DNA from: an uncultured Bacilli bacterium
GTDB lineage: Bacteria > Bacillota_I > Bacilli_A > RF39 > UBA660
DNA length: 53,917 bases
Direction: 5' to 3'
Assembly (NCBI GenBank): GCA_944332215.1
Contig: CALVJP010000068.1
Coordinates: 1-53,917 of the forward strand
Positions 37,555-46,653 of the stretch are shown here, piece by piece. Position numbers and translations under genes: made by a program. How positions within the stretch are numbered: position 1 is the first letter of the stretch; each line of letters begins with the position of its first letter. The notes under the pieces were generated by a model. The model did not search any database and was not told the origin of the DNA. It was given only the letters and a program-made list of their open reading frames with translations.

Positions 37555-38311
37555 CGTTTAAATCTCCTCCAAGTAAAGTGACAACGTCAATAATTTTATC
37601 AAAAAATTCTTTACGACTATCGTCGCCTTTAATTAACTCATTAAATATTTTACCGTCCTTGATAAAGAGAATCCGATCACAATAACTGGCTGTAAAAGCA
37701 TCATGGGTAACCATTAAAATGGTCGCTTGGAGACTCTTATTTAAATATTCCAGATTTTCGAGTAATTGTCTTGCTGATTTTGAGTCCAAAGCCCCAGTTG
37801 GTTCATCAGCCATAATTAATTTAGGATTGGTAATGATGGCTCTAGCTGAAGCTACTCTTTGCTTTTCACCACCAGATATTTGATATGGATACTTATTTAA
37901 AACATGTGTAATATTTAAAGTTTCAGCAATTTTTTGCACGCGTTTTTCTATTTCACTGGGTTTTACTTTTTGAATAGTTAAAGCTAAAGCAATATTTTCA
38001 TAGGCTGTTAAAGTATCTAAAAGATTAAAATCTTGAAAAATAAAGCCTAAATCTTCACGGCGAAATTTATTTAAGGCATTACCTTTTAAGGTGGTCACAT
38101 CAAGGCCACTAATATAAATATGTCCAGCGGTTACTTTATCAATCGTGGAAATACAATTCAATAAAGTGGTTTTGCCAGAGCCTGAAGCGCCCATAATACC
38201 AACAAATTCTCCGGTGCTGACGTCAAAACTAATATTATCGACAGCTTTGGTTAAATTTCCTTTGTTTCCATAATACTTTTCAACATTATTAATTTTTAAA
38301 ACTTTTTCCAT
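37544..38311 (-). CDS. BceA-type ABC transporter ATP-binding protein
   Basis: The Walker A is GASGSGKTT, the signature is ISGGEKQR and the Walker B is IMADEPT. It overlaps the permease start. Confidence 0.88.
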   Translation of the reverse strand: MEKVLKINNVEKYYGNKGNLTKAVDNISFDVSTGEFVGIMGASGSGKTTLLNCISTIDKVTAGHIYISGLDVTTLKGNALNKFRREDLGFIFQDFNLLDTLTAYENIALALTIQKVKPSEIEKRVQKIAETLNITHVLNKYPYQISGGEKQRVASARAIITNPKLIMADEPTGALDSKSARQLLENLEYLNKSLQATILMVTHDAFTASYCDRILFIKDGKIFNELIKGDDSRKEFFDKIIDVVTLLGGDLNDAL

Positions 38312-38376
38312 TTTTCTTCCCTCCGCTATTAATTATAGATAATGAATTTAATTTTAACAATTTATTTTTATTACAA

Positions 38377-38398
38377 AACCTTACATTTTTGTAAGGTT
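38377..38398. promoter_or_regulatory. Palindrome AACCTTACA-TTTT-TGTAAGGTT, a candidate BceR-type response-regulator box (TNACA-N4-TGTAA) and/or the terminator of the kinase gene
   Basis: It lies between the HK stop and the ABC ATPase start. A TATAAT lies about 35 nt downstream on the minus strand. Confidence 0.45.
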
Positions 38399-39411
38399 TA
38401 TTTGGTATTATTTAATTTGGTATAAGACCCAATTGGAAAAATGAGTTTTACGGTCGTACCATGATTATTATAAATGACGATGTTATGGCCTAATTTATCA
38501 CATAATTGTTTAACTAGATAAAGGCCGATCCCTGTTGAATTATAGCTTTTGCGCCCATTTTGGCCAGTAAAGCCTTTATCAAAAATACGTGGTAAATCAC
38601 TACGCTCAATGCCAATGCCGTTATCTTCTAAATACAAAGTAACCTCTTCTTTATTGGTCTTTGCATAAATTTTAATTTTCGGGTTTTCCTCAACATATTT
38701 AAGACTATTGCTAATAATTTGACCAATAATAAACTCTAACCATTTGGTATCCGTATACACCAAAACATCTAAGTTGCTTAATTCCAGATTGATTTTTTTT
38801 AAAATAAAATCTTGTTTATAACGTAATATAACTTTATTAATAACGGTTTCAAGAGAAACTTTTTTAATTAAATAATCTTTTTCGACATTTTCACTACGCG
38901 CATAGAAAAGAATTTGTTCTACATAATCATTTAACTTTAAAAGTTCTTTTTGTACTTCATGGTTAATATTACTCGGATTATTTTCCATAATGAGGGAAGC
39001 AGAAGCTAAAGGGGTCTTAATTTCATGGACCCACATTTCGATAAATTCTTGAAGATTTTTTTGATGAATTTTGGCTTTGGCAATTTCTTCAATTTTATAT
39101 TTATTGGTTTCGTAAAGAACATCTAAAATGATTTTACCATCGATAAAAGTTGGGTTTATCAGCATTTCATGAATTAGAGCTTTATTATCTATTTCTTTTA
39201 GCACATTTAATAAATCATTATAAAAGTTTTTTCGCCTAATGTAATCGTGTGCTAAAGTAATTGTAAAGGCTAAAATTAATAGAAAACCAACATAAGCCAT
39301 TAAATATAAACTTTTAGTAAAAACATAAATTATAAAGATAATTAACATTGTAACTAGAGAAAACAAAGTAAGAGCAAACGTTTTATCTTTTAAGTAATGT
39401 TTAAAACTCAT
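38398..39411 (-). CDS. BceS-type intramembrane-sensing histidine kinase
   Basis: Two N-terminal TM helices have almost no extracellular loop. The H-box is HEIKTPLASASL, with DNGIGI and GIGLYLV boxes. Confidence 0.85.
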   Translation of the reverse strand: MSFKHYLKDKTFALTLFSLVTMLIIFIIYVFTKSLYLMAYVGFLLILAFTITLAHDYIRRKNFYNDLLNVLKEIDNKALIHEMLINPTFIDGKIILDVLYETNKYKIEEIAKAKIHQKNLQEFIEMWVHEIKTPLASASLIMENNPSNINHEVQKELLKLNDYVEQILFYARSENVEKDYLIKKVSLETVINKVILRYKQDFILKKINLELSNLDVLVYTDTKWLEFIIGQIISNSLKYVEENPKIKIYAKTNKEEVTLYLEDNGIGIERSDLPRIFDKGFTGQNGRKSYNSTGIGLYLVKQLCDKLGHNIVIYNNHGTTVKLIFPIGSYTKLNNTK

Positions 39412-40073
39412 AAAATAATATACCCCTGCCCACGTCTAGTTAGGATGACATTATCAAGGCCAATATCTTCAAGTTTTTTTCTTAATCTAGTTATATTAAC
39501 ACTTAAAGTATTATCATCAACAAAAACTTCGCTATTCCAAAGATAATCCATTAAATCGTATCGTGAAACAATGGTCCCTCTTTTACTTAACAAAAAAGTT
39601 AATATTTTTAATTCGTTTTTTGATAACTCAATTTCCCCATTTTCGGTTTCAATAATGCTTTTTGCTGTGTTAATTTTAATATGCTTATATGTAATGACTT
39701 GGTCAAGCTCGGGTTTAAAACGTTTCAGTACCGCTTCGATATGGGCGAGTAATATTTGGGGATTATATGGTTTTGTAATAAAATCATCGGCTCCATAATT
39801 CATACAAATTAATTCGTCCATTTCGTTGTTACGACTGGTTACAATAATAATGGGGGTATTTTTTTGTTTTCTAATTTCTTTACAAAGATACATTCCATTT
39901 TGGCCAGGAATATTAATATCGAGCAAGATTAAATTGGTATCAGTTTTTAAAATTTCTTCCAAGGTATGGTCAAAATTAATGATAACCTCGGCCCTATAAC
40001 CGTTATTATTAAGATAGTTTTTTAATTCTTCCCTTATTTTTGCCTCATCTTCGACAATGAGAATTTTTTCCAT
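39408..40073 (-). CDS. OmpR-family response regulator (BceR-like)
   Basis: The receiver reads MEKILIVEDE...LLDINIPGQNG. The winged helix ends LTRRGQGYIIL. The start is taken after the GAGGTGG RBS. Confidence 0.88.
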   Translation of the reverse strand: MEKILIVEDEAKIREELKNYLNNNGYRAEVIINFDHTLEEILKTDTNLILLDINIPGQNGMYLCKEIRKQKNTPIIIVTSRNNEMDELICMNYGADDFITKPYNPQILLAHIEAVLKRFKPELDQVITYKHIKINTAKSIIETENGEIELSKNELKILTFLLSKRGTIVSRYDLMDYLWNSEVFVDDNTLSVNITRLRKKLEDIGLDNVILTRRGQGYIIL

Positions 40074-40311
40074 TATTCCACCTCTTGGTATTATTATACC
40101 ATAGTTTGATATTTGAGGATATGTTCTTAATGTGTCCAATTTTTACTTAAATCATTGTTGTTTGTAAATTGTCAAACAAAACTTACAAATTCAAACAAAT
40201 CGTTTGGGCACATTACTGACTTATAAAATTTTGAAAGCCAAATAAATGTTTTAATTTTATTTGGATAATAAATTCATTTTTAAACAGTATAATGTAATAA
40301 GGAGGAAGTTT

Positions 40312-40758
40312 ATGGATTATAAAAAATTAATTAAAGCAATTTTAATTCCCGTTTTAATTGGAATTATTGTAGGTCTAATAATGGGGCCATTTAATGATTA
40401 TAAAAGTTTAGAATTGCCTCCATTAGCACCACCAGGAATTGTTTTTCCAATCGTATGGAGTATTTTATATATTTTAATGGGAGTTTCGGCCTATTTGATT
40501 GAGCAAGATAAAAATTCAAATAATTTAAGCATATATTATTTACAGCTAGGCTTCAATGCTTTATGGAGCATCATTTTCTTTGTTTTCAAATGGCATTTAC
40601 TGGCCTTTATTTGGATAATTATACTTATTATTTTAGTCATTATTATGATTATTCGTTTTTATAAAATCAATAAAACCGCGGCTTGGTTAAATCTTCCCTA
40701 TCTACTATGGCTTATTTTTGCTGCTTATTTAAATTTAGGCGTTTACCTTCTTAATTAA
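40312..40758 (+). CDS. tspO: TspO/MBR family tryptophan-rich sensory protein
   Basis: Five TM segments are present. The motifs are PIVWSILYILMG, NALWSIIFF and LNLPYLLWLIFAAYLN. An AAGGAGGAAG RBS precedes the ATG at 40312. Confidence 0.8.
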   Translation: MDYKKLIKAILIPVLIGIIVGLIMGPFNDYKSLELPPLAPPGIVFPIVWSILYILMGVSAYLIEQDKNSNNLSIYYLQLGFNALWSIIFFVFKWHLLAFIWIIILIILVIIMIIRFYKINKTAAWLNLPYLLWLIFAAYLNLGVYLLN

Positions 40759-40874
40759 TAACAAAATAAATTTTGTCTAGTTTGAAATATGTCAGGTATT
40801 TAATGATAACGTTAGTAAAATCTCAAAAAAAATAAGTAAATTATCTACTTATTTGTCAGCAATCTAAAAATCCA

Positions 40875-41834
40875 TTATTGGATTTTTTTATACAGTAATT
40901 CTTTTTCTTGAGGGGAAATAAAAGCATGATTTAAAGCCATGAGATTTATTTTTTTAAAATCATCCAAGGTAAAATGAAAAGTTTGATAAAGTTTAAAATA
41001 TTCGGCATTAAGACTAATATTAGAAACCGTATTATTATCAGTATTGATACTAATGGGAACTCCTTTTTGATAAAATTTTAAAATAGGATGATTAACATAC
41101 GTATCAACAGCATTTGTTTGAACATTACTGGTTGGGCACAATTCTAAAAGAATATTGTGTTTTTTGATCATATCTAAGGTCTCTTCATCATTGATGGCTT
41201 TAATTCCATGACCAATTCTTTGAGCTCCCATAGCAATAGCTTGTTTAACCGCTTGAGCTTTAAATGTTTCCCCGGCATGAATGGTTAAGGGAATATTCCC
41301 TACTTGTTTCAATAACGTTTGATAGTCTTGCAATGGATATTTTAATTCATCACCTGCAAGATCTAAAGCACAGACGCCTTTTTTAAAATACTTTCGCGCC
41401 GTTTTTAAAGTTGAAAGATTGCTTTCTAAATCAAGACCCCGCATAAAACAAAGAATTAAATTAGTTTTCACCATGGGAACCTCGCTTAAACCGTCCAAAA
41501 CAGCTTCGACTACTTCATCACATGATAGGCCTCCTCTAGTATGAAAAATAGGAGCAAATCTAATTTCGGCATAAATAACATTTTCTTTTTTTAGATTTTC
41601 TCCTAATTCACGAGCAATTAACTTAAGATTATTTTTAGTTTGCATGAGGGATATTGGCAAATCAAACTTAGTTAAATATTCGGTTAAATTAGGACACTTA
41701 TCTCCCGCGACCATTTGTTCTTGGACTTCAGACATAGTTAAATTACTTAGCTTAAGGGCAGTTGATAGTTTAACTGAGCCATCTAAATGTAAGTGTAAAA
41801 CAATTTTAGGCATTTTTTTAATTTCTTCTAGCAT
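40875..41834 (-). CDS. add: Adenosine deaminase
   Basis: HLHLDGS, HAGE and SINTDN are metal and catalytic motifs. Confidence 0.85.
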   Translation of the reverse strand: MLEEIKKMPKIVLHLHLDGSVKLSTALKLSNLTMSEVQEQMVAGDKCPNLTEYLTKFDLPISLMQTKNNLKLIARELGENLKKENVIYAEIRFAPIFHTRGGLSCDEVVEAVLDGLSEVPMVKTNLILCFMRGLDLESNLSTLKTARKYFKKGVCALDLAGDELKYPLQDYQTLLKQVGNIPLTIHAGETFKAQAVKQAIAMGAQRIGHGIKAINDEETLDMIKKHNILLELCPTSNVQTNAVDTYVNHPILKFYQKGVPISINTDNNTVSNISLNAEYFKLYQTFHFTLDDFKKINLMALNHAFISPQEKELLYKKIQ

Positions 41835-41863
41835 GATTAGCCTCCAACTAACTTAGTAATATA

Positions 41864-42868
41864 TTATTTTTTTTGATGAGTGACTGCATATCTATATGCA
41901 TCGCGGCACATATCTTGGATGGTTTTTTCAGCTTTAAAACCTAACTCCTTATAGGCTTTCGTAGGATCTCCAGTATTACGGCCAATGTCCCCGGGTCTAC
42001 GAGAAACAATTTTATAAGGTATATCAACTTGATTAACTTCCATAAAAGCATTAACAATATCTAAAACACTATAACCCGTGCCAGTCCCTAAATTATATAT
42101 ATTGACACCTTTATATTTTTTAAAGCCCTCTAAAGCTTGTAAATGACCTTTAGCTAAGTCAACCACATGGATATAATCACGCACTCCAGTACCATCTTTA
42201 GTATCATAATCATTTCCAAATATATTTAAATGATCCAGCTTACCTGTGGCAACTTGCATAATATAAGGCATGAGATTATTAGGAATCCCTTCTGGATCTT
42301 CTCCAATTAACCCACTTTCATGAGCTCCAGTGGGATTAAAGTATCTTAAAAGCATAATATTCCATTCATTATCAGCCTGGTATAAATCCTTTAATATCCA
42401 CTCATTTATAAGTTTTGTCGTACCATAAGGGTTAGTCGTTCCTAAAGGGAAATTTTCTTGCAACGGTTGGATTTCAGACTCCTTATATACAGTGGCACTT
42501 GACGAAAAAACGATTTGTTTACAATTATGAGCATTCATAACTTCGCATAAAGCTAAAGTTGAATCTATATTATTTTGATAATACATTAGTGGTTTGGCTA
42601 CAGACTCACCGACAGCTTTATAGCCAGCAAAATGAATAACTGCTTCAATATTGTTTTCATCAAAAATTTTATTTAAAAATGCTTTGTCACAAACGTTGCC
42701 CTCATAAAATTTAAAACTTTTTTTAGTGATTTCTTGAATTTTATCCAAGACTTCTCTTTTAGAATTACAAAAATTATCAACAATAATAACTTCATAATTA
42801 TTATTTAATAATTCAACCACGGTGTGGCTACCGATATAACCAGCACCACCAGTTACTAATACTTGCAT
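41864..42868 (-). CDS. galE: UDP-glucose 4-epimerase
   Basis: The Rossmann motif is VTGGAGYIGSH and the catalytic motif is YGTTK. Length is 334 aa. Confidence 0.9.
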   Translation of the reverse strand: MQVLVTGGAGYIGSHTVVELLNNNYEVIIVDNFCNSKREVLDKIQEITKKSFKFYEGNVCDKAFLNKIFDENNIEAVIHFAGYKAVGESVAKPLMYYQNNIDSTLALCEVMNAHNCKQIVFSSSATVYKESEIQPLQENFPLGTTNPYGTTKLINEWILKDLYQADNEWNIMLLRYFNPTGAHESGLIGEDPEGIPNNLMPYIMQVATGKLDHLNIFGNDYDTKDGTGVRDYIHVVDLAKGHLQALEGFKKYKGVNIYNLGTGTGYSVLDIVNAFMEVNQVDIPYKIVSRRPGDIGRNTGDPTKAYKELGFKAEKTIQDMCRDAYRYAVTHQKK

Positions 42869-43135
42869 AGTTTAGCCTCCTCATTTTAATTATAACAGAA
42901 CAAAATAAATTTTACCTAGCTTACCTTGTTTTCTAATGTAACTTTCTTCATAGACCAATATAATCGCTATCCTAATAACTTTTTACTTTCACAAAATTTA
43001 TGCCTTCTTACAGTTGCATATGTTTCTTTAATCTTTTTATGCTGCTACCTCTATAAATATCTTAAAACAAACAAATATTTTTGTAAAGGTTTTTTTGATT
43101 TTTAATAAACTTTCCTTATAAATAAAAAAGGACTT

Positions 43136-44134
43136 TTATGCCCTTTTTAATTGCCCCTTTTTGAGTAAATTAAGAAGTTTTAAATTTTGCCAAGTTGAGC
43201 CTTTGTAATCAGTAATACCATTAGCTAAAGCAATTTTTTGACGATTACCAAGCGAACTATCGACCCCGATTTTTTTAAGAGCATCGACTAGGGAAAGGCC
43301 ATGATAATCAGGTTTGGGGTAATAGGCTACTTGGTAATTACCTTGTAAAGCTTTAAGTAGGTTAATATTTTGAGCTGCAGATCCGGTGTAAGTACCAGTT
43401 AACCCTACTTCACGATATAAATTGGCTCGGCTATTAAATGAACTATCGTACCTCACACTCTTTAAAGCGTCGACAATGGAACTACCATGGTAATTACTTA
43501 AGTTGGGTAAAGATGTAGCTGGATTTTCATTATGACCTTCATTATTGCTGAAAATATCACGATACAAAATGTTCATATCAACATTGCCACTAACTCCGTT
43601 CACTTGACCTGATGAAGTGTACTGCCACATATCATATTTACCTTTATAGGTATTTTGACTATTATATTGGGCTACCCATATAGTGTATTTATCTTCCAAT
43701 TCGGCACTATTTAAATGACTAGTAAGCCAATATTTGTTAGCATATATCCCCGCCCAATAACCAGCTTCTTCGATTTTTTCACAAAAAGCTATACACATAC
43801 TAGTTAAAGTCTCTTTACTTAAAGTTTCTTGACTTTTATCTTCAATATCATAATAAACTGGGAGGTTTAGTTGACGATTATTAAGCCAATTTAAAACAAC
43901 TTCCGCTTCTTTTTTAGCTTCGTCAATATTTAAGGCATAAGAGTATAAGTAAACACCAATTGGTAAAGCATTATTAATCGCACCACTATAGTTAGCTTCA
44001 AATTTGGGATCTTTTTGGTTTTCATACATTCCATAGCCAATTCTCGCGATAACGTACTGAATTCCGCTACCTTTTACTTTGGCATAATCAATATCACCTT
44101 GATATTTAGAAACATCTATTCCTCTATATTCCAT
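43136..44134 (-). CDS. GH25 muramidase (lysozyme) with two C-terminal repeats of about 55 aa, presumed to bind the cell wall; no signal peptide (endolysin/autolysin-like)
   Basis: GIDVSKYQGDIDYAKVKGSGIQYVIARIGYG is the GH25 N-terminal signature. The C-terminal repeats read YHGSSIVDALKSV.YDSSF.SR and YHGLSLVDALKKIGVDSSLGNR. Confidence 0.8.
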   Translation of the reverse strand: MEYRGIDVSKYQGDIDYAKVKGSGIQYVIARIGYGMYENQKDPKFEANYSGAINNALPIGVYLYSYALNIDEAKKEAEVVLNWLNNRQLNLPVYYDIEDKSQETLSKETLTSMCIAFCEKIEEAGYWAGIYANKYWLTSHLNSAELEDKYTIWVAQYNSQNTYKGKYDMWQYTSSGQVNGVSGNVDMNILYRDIFSNNEGHNENPATSLPNLSNYHGSSIVDALKSVRYDSSFNSRANLYREVGLTGTYTGSAAQNINLLKALQGNYQVAYYPKPDYHGLSLVDALKKIGVDSSLGNRQKIALANGITDYKGSTWQNLKLLNLLKKGQLKRA

Positions 44135-44196
44135 ACATACCTTCCTTTCTATTTCTTTATATTCAAAAATTTAAAAATAGAAACTGTATGTACCTA

Positions 44197-44709
44197 TTAT
44201 TTTGTATATTTGACAACTTTAGCGGGAATCCCTACAACGGTCGCTCCTGCTGGGACATCCTCTAACACAACGGCATTGGCTCCAATTTTGGCTCCTTTAC
44301 CAATGGTTATATTGCCTAATATTTTAGCTCCACTACCAATAAGCACATCATCTTCAATGGTTGGATGACGTTTACCTTGCTCTTTACCGGTCCCGCCTAA
44401 AGTCACTCCATGATAGATTAAAACATTATTACCAATGATGGCGGTTTCACCAATAACAACTCCAAGGCCATGATCAATAAAAAGGCCTTTTCCAATGCGC
44501 GCTCCTGGATGAATTTCAATTCCGGTTTTCCGTTTAGCTTTTTCGCTGATATATTTGGCAATTAAAGGATGATGATGCTCATAAAACCATCTAGCTTTTA
44601 AATAGCTTTTTTGAGCTTTGTAACTGGGATATAAAAAAACTTCTAATTTACTTTTTAAAGCGGGATCTTGGGCCTTGATGACTTTTAATTGCGTTTTAAA
44701 GAATTTCAT
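44197..44709 (-). CDS. cysE: Serine O-acetyltransferase
   Basis: It is a left-handed beta-helix with hexapeptide repeats ([44 protein letters not shown]). Confidence 0.85.
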   Translation of the reverse strand: MKFFKTQLKVIKAQDPALKSKLEVFLYPSYKAQKSYLKARWFYEHHHPLIAKYISEKAKRKTGIEIHPGARIGKGLFIDHGLGVVIGETAIIGNNVLIYHGVTLGGTGKEQGKRHPTIEDDVLIGSGAKILGNITIGKGAKIGANAVVLEDVPAGATVVGIPAKVVKYTK

Positions 44710-44793
44710 TTTATCACCTTATAATTAGTGTATTAGTTAAGGTAATTTGTATATAATGAAAAAGACTATATTGAAAATGTTCCCCAAGAAATA

Positions 44794-45795
44794 TTAATCA
44801 ATTATTTCTAATAATTTTTGAGAAATCATTTCACTGTTGTTAGCTAAATACCGGCATAGTTCAGTCCTTTTTTGACCAAACTCTAATAATTTTAAATCGC
44901 CACTATATAAGTATTCTTTATAACCAAAAGGACTGTTTAAAAGCTGTAGTAAATATATATAAGGCATATATTGCAAATCATACTTATTTAATGGGGAATA
45001 TTTCATGTATTCCTTAATATATAAAATTAGATTTTGAAGATCTAAAACACCGTTTTGGCATTTTTCATCTATATAACTATACGATCTAATAATTTCCCAA
45101 ACTACCGGCAGTGCCGCAGCACCTTCAAAATCTAGTATAGCTTTGATTTCATTATGCTCATAGATAAACTGCATAACACTATAATCCCCATGAGTTTTCT
45201 TAACGGTTACTTTCTCAATATTTTCAAAATCATATTTATGGAGTATTTCTTCAAAAATGTTTAATTTTTCGTTTAAATCTTTAATGATTAAAGGACCATT
45301 AATTTTATCTTGCAAGGCTTTTTGTAAAAGATCAGAATATTGTTCTTTTAAGTTATTTTTAAATAGAAATTTTTTTAAATCACAAAAATAAAAGTCATGA
45401 TAAGGGTAAGTTTCTAGGGCTTGGACAATTAACCCAAGATAACGAGCCGATTCTAAGCATTGCGCTAAATCACCACTATTTTTTTCTTTGGTAATGCCAG
45501 AAATATATTCTTGCAAAGCTACAAGACGATTATTATAAATAAAATAATACTGCTGATTTAAACATTGAAAATATTTAGGGATGTTTAAGTTATATTTGTT
45601 TAGATGATTAATAATATGGAGTTCTTTTTGTAGTTGCTTTTCACTATACTTAGCTTGAAATTGTTTTAAAATATAAATTTTATCATCAGAAAAAATTTTG
45701 TATATATTAGCTTTACCTCGATCAATTTTTTCAATTTTAGTAACTTTAATATTATAATAATAGCCTACTTGTTCAATAATTGTTTGCTCTGACAT
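44794..45795 (-). CDS. Aminoglycoside/choline-kinase-like phosphotransferase (APH fold)
   Basis: The catalytic loop is THGDYSVMQ and the DFE metal motif is ILDFEGA. The start is taken at MSEQTII, after AAGAGGAG. Confidence 0.6.
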   Translation of the reverse strand: MSEQTIIEQVGYYYNIKVTKIEKIDRGKANIYKIFSDDKIYILKQFQAKYSEKQLQKELHIINHLNKYNLNIPKYFQCLNQQYYFIYNNRLVALQEYISGITKEKNSGDLAQCLESARYLGLIVQALETYPYHDFYFCDLKKFLFKNNLKEQYSDLLQKALQDKINGPLIIKDLNEKLNIFEEILHKYDFENIEKVTVKKTHGDYSVMQFIYEHNEIKAILDFEGAAALPVVWEIIRSYSYIDEKCQNGVLDLQNLILYIKEYMKYSPLNKYDLQYMPYIYLLQLLNSPFGYKEYLYSGDLKLLEFGQKRTELCRYLANNSEMISQKLLEIID

Positions 45796-45808
45796 ATAAT
45801 TCAACTCC

Positions 45809-45842
45809 TCTTTATGTTTAATCATTCTTTATGTTTAATCAT
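45809..45842. repeat. Perfect 17-bp tandem duplication (TCTTTATGTTTAATCAT x2) spanning the RBS-proximal 5' region of the kinase-like gene
   Basis: Copies lie at 45809-45825 and 45826-45842. Confidence 0.9.
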
Positions 45843-45901
45843 AAAAATAAGATATATTAAAATCCTTATATTTCAATTGAATATAAGGATTTATTTTCAA
45901 A

Positions 45902-45992
45902 TGGCGGAGTAGGAGGGATTTGAACCCTCGCGCCAGTTGCCCGACCTACACCCTTAGCAGGGGCGCCTCTTCAGCCTCTTGAGTACTACTCC
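45902..45992 (-). tRNA. tRNA-Ser (anticodon GCT), class II with a long variable arm, CCA encoded
   Basis: The minus strand reads GGAGTAG..CTGCTAA..long arm..GAGGGTTCAAATCCCTC CTACTCC G CCA. All four stems pair. Confidence 0.9.
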
Positions 45993-46100
45993 ATTTCTTT
46001 GACTTACGAATATCATTTTACCTTAATTAGGGGCATATGTCAAGATGTATTTTGTCGTTATTTTTCTAATAAATAGGCCAAAATACCATAAGAAAAAGAC

Positions 46101-46271
46101 TTAATTAGCCTTTTTATTTTGTTCTATAATAGTACTGCCCTGGGCAGCCTCTGTAGAAATAACCTCGTGCATTTTTTGAAGTCCTTTAATATTGGCTATC
46201 GTTTTTTCATTTTCATGACAAGGCTTACTATAAGGTGAATTTACCTTACCCTTTTTACTATCATTTTTCAT
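46101..46271 (-). CDS. Small hydrophilic hypothetical protein (56 aa)
   Basis: An AAAGGGGA RBS lies 7 nt before the ATG (MKNDSKKGKVNSPYSK...). Its composition is reminiscent of minor spore SASPs, but no family could be assigned. Confidence 0.35.
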   Translation of the reverse strand: MKNDSKKGKVNSPYSKPCHENEKTIANIKGLQKMHEVISTEAAQGSTIIEQNKKAN

Positions 46272-46306
46272 CTTATTGTCCCCTTTCATTAATATTATGG
46301 ACATAA

Positions 46307-46612
46307 TTAAGCAAAATAATACGGTTTAAAATGTTTATGATAGCTTTTTGCGGTATTGTTTTGTTTATCATTAATAACTTCACCATATATTTGGGCCGCA
46401 TCTTCGTAAGTGATTTCAATATTTAAACTAATGATTTCATTATTAATAGCAAAACTTTTACAAACTAAAATATAATCCTTACTATGTTCTACAACGAATA
46501 TCTCTTCTCCCTCATAAAATCCAAGCTCCTGATAAACTTCACGGTCATGGTAAAAAAGCCAAAATTCGGTAATTTGGAATTTAGTATATGGCGGACATTC
46601 AGATAAATACAT
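46307..46612 (-). CDS. Hypothetical protein, weakly FeoA/SH3-like
   Basis: An AAAGGGGTGA RBS precedes the ATG (MYLSECPPYTKFQITEF...). It lies downstream of aspS. Confidence 0.35.
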   Translation of the reverse strand: MYLSECPPYTKFQITEFWLFYHDREVYQELGFYEGEEIFVVEHSKDYILVCKSFAINNEIISLNIEITYEDAAQIYGEVINDKQNNTAKSYHKHFKPYYFA

Positions 46613-46653
46613 CGATTTCACCCCTTTATATGAAAAAAAGCTCAATTGAACTT

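Noticed and set aside
40140-40260. Short inverted repeats (TTGTTTG..CAAACAA and CAAAC-N5-GTTTG) upstream of the Bce response-regulator gene as BceR boxes.
   Set aside because: They do not match the TNACA-N4-TGTAA arrangement that is found perfectly at 38381-38394. They are equally explained by AT-rich hairpins or a terminator for tspO-side transcription.
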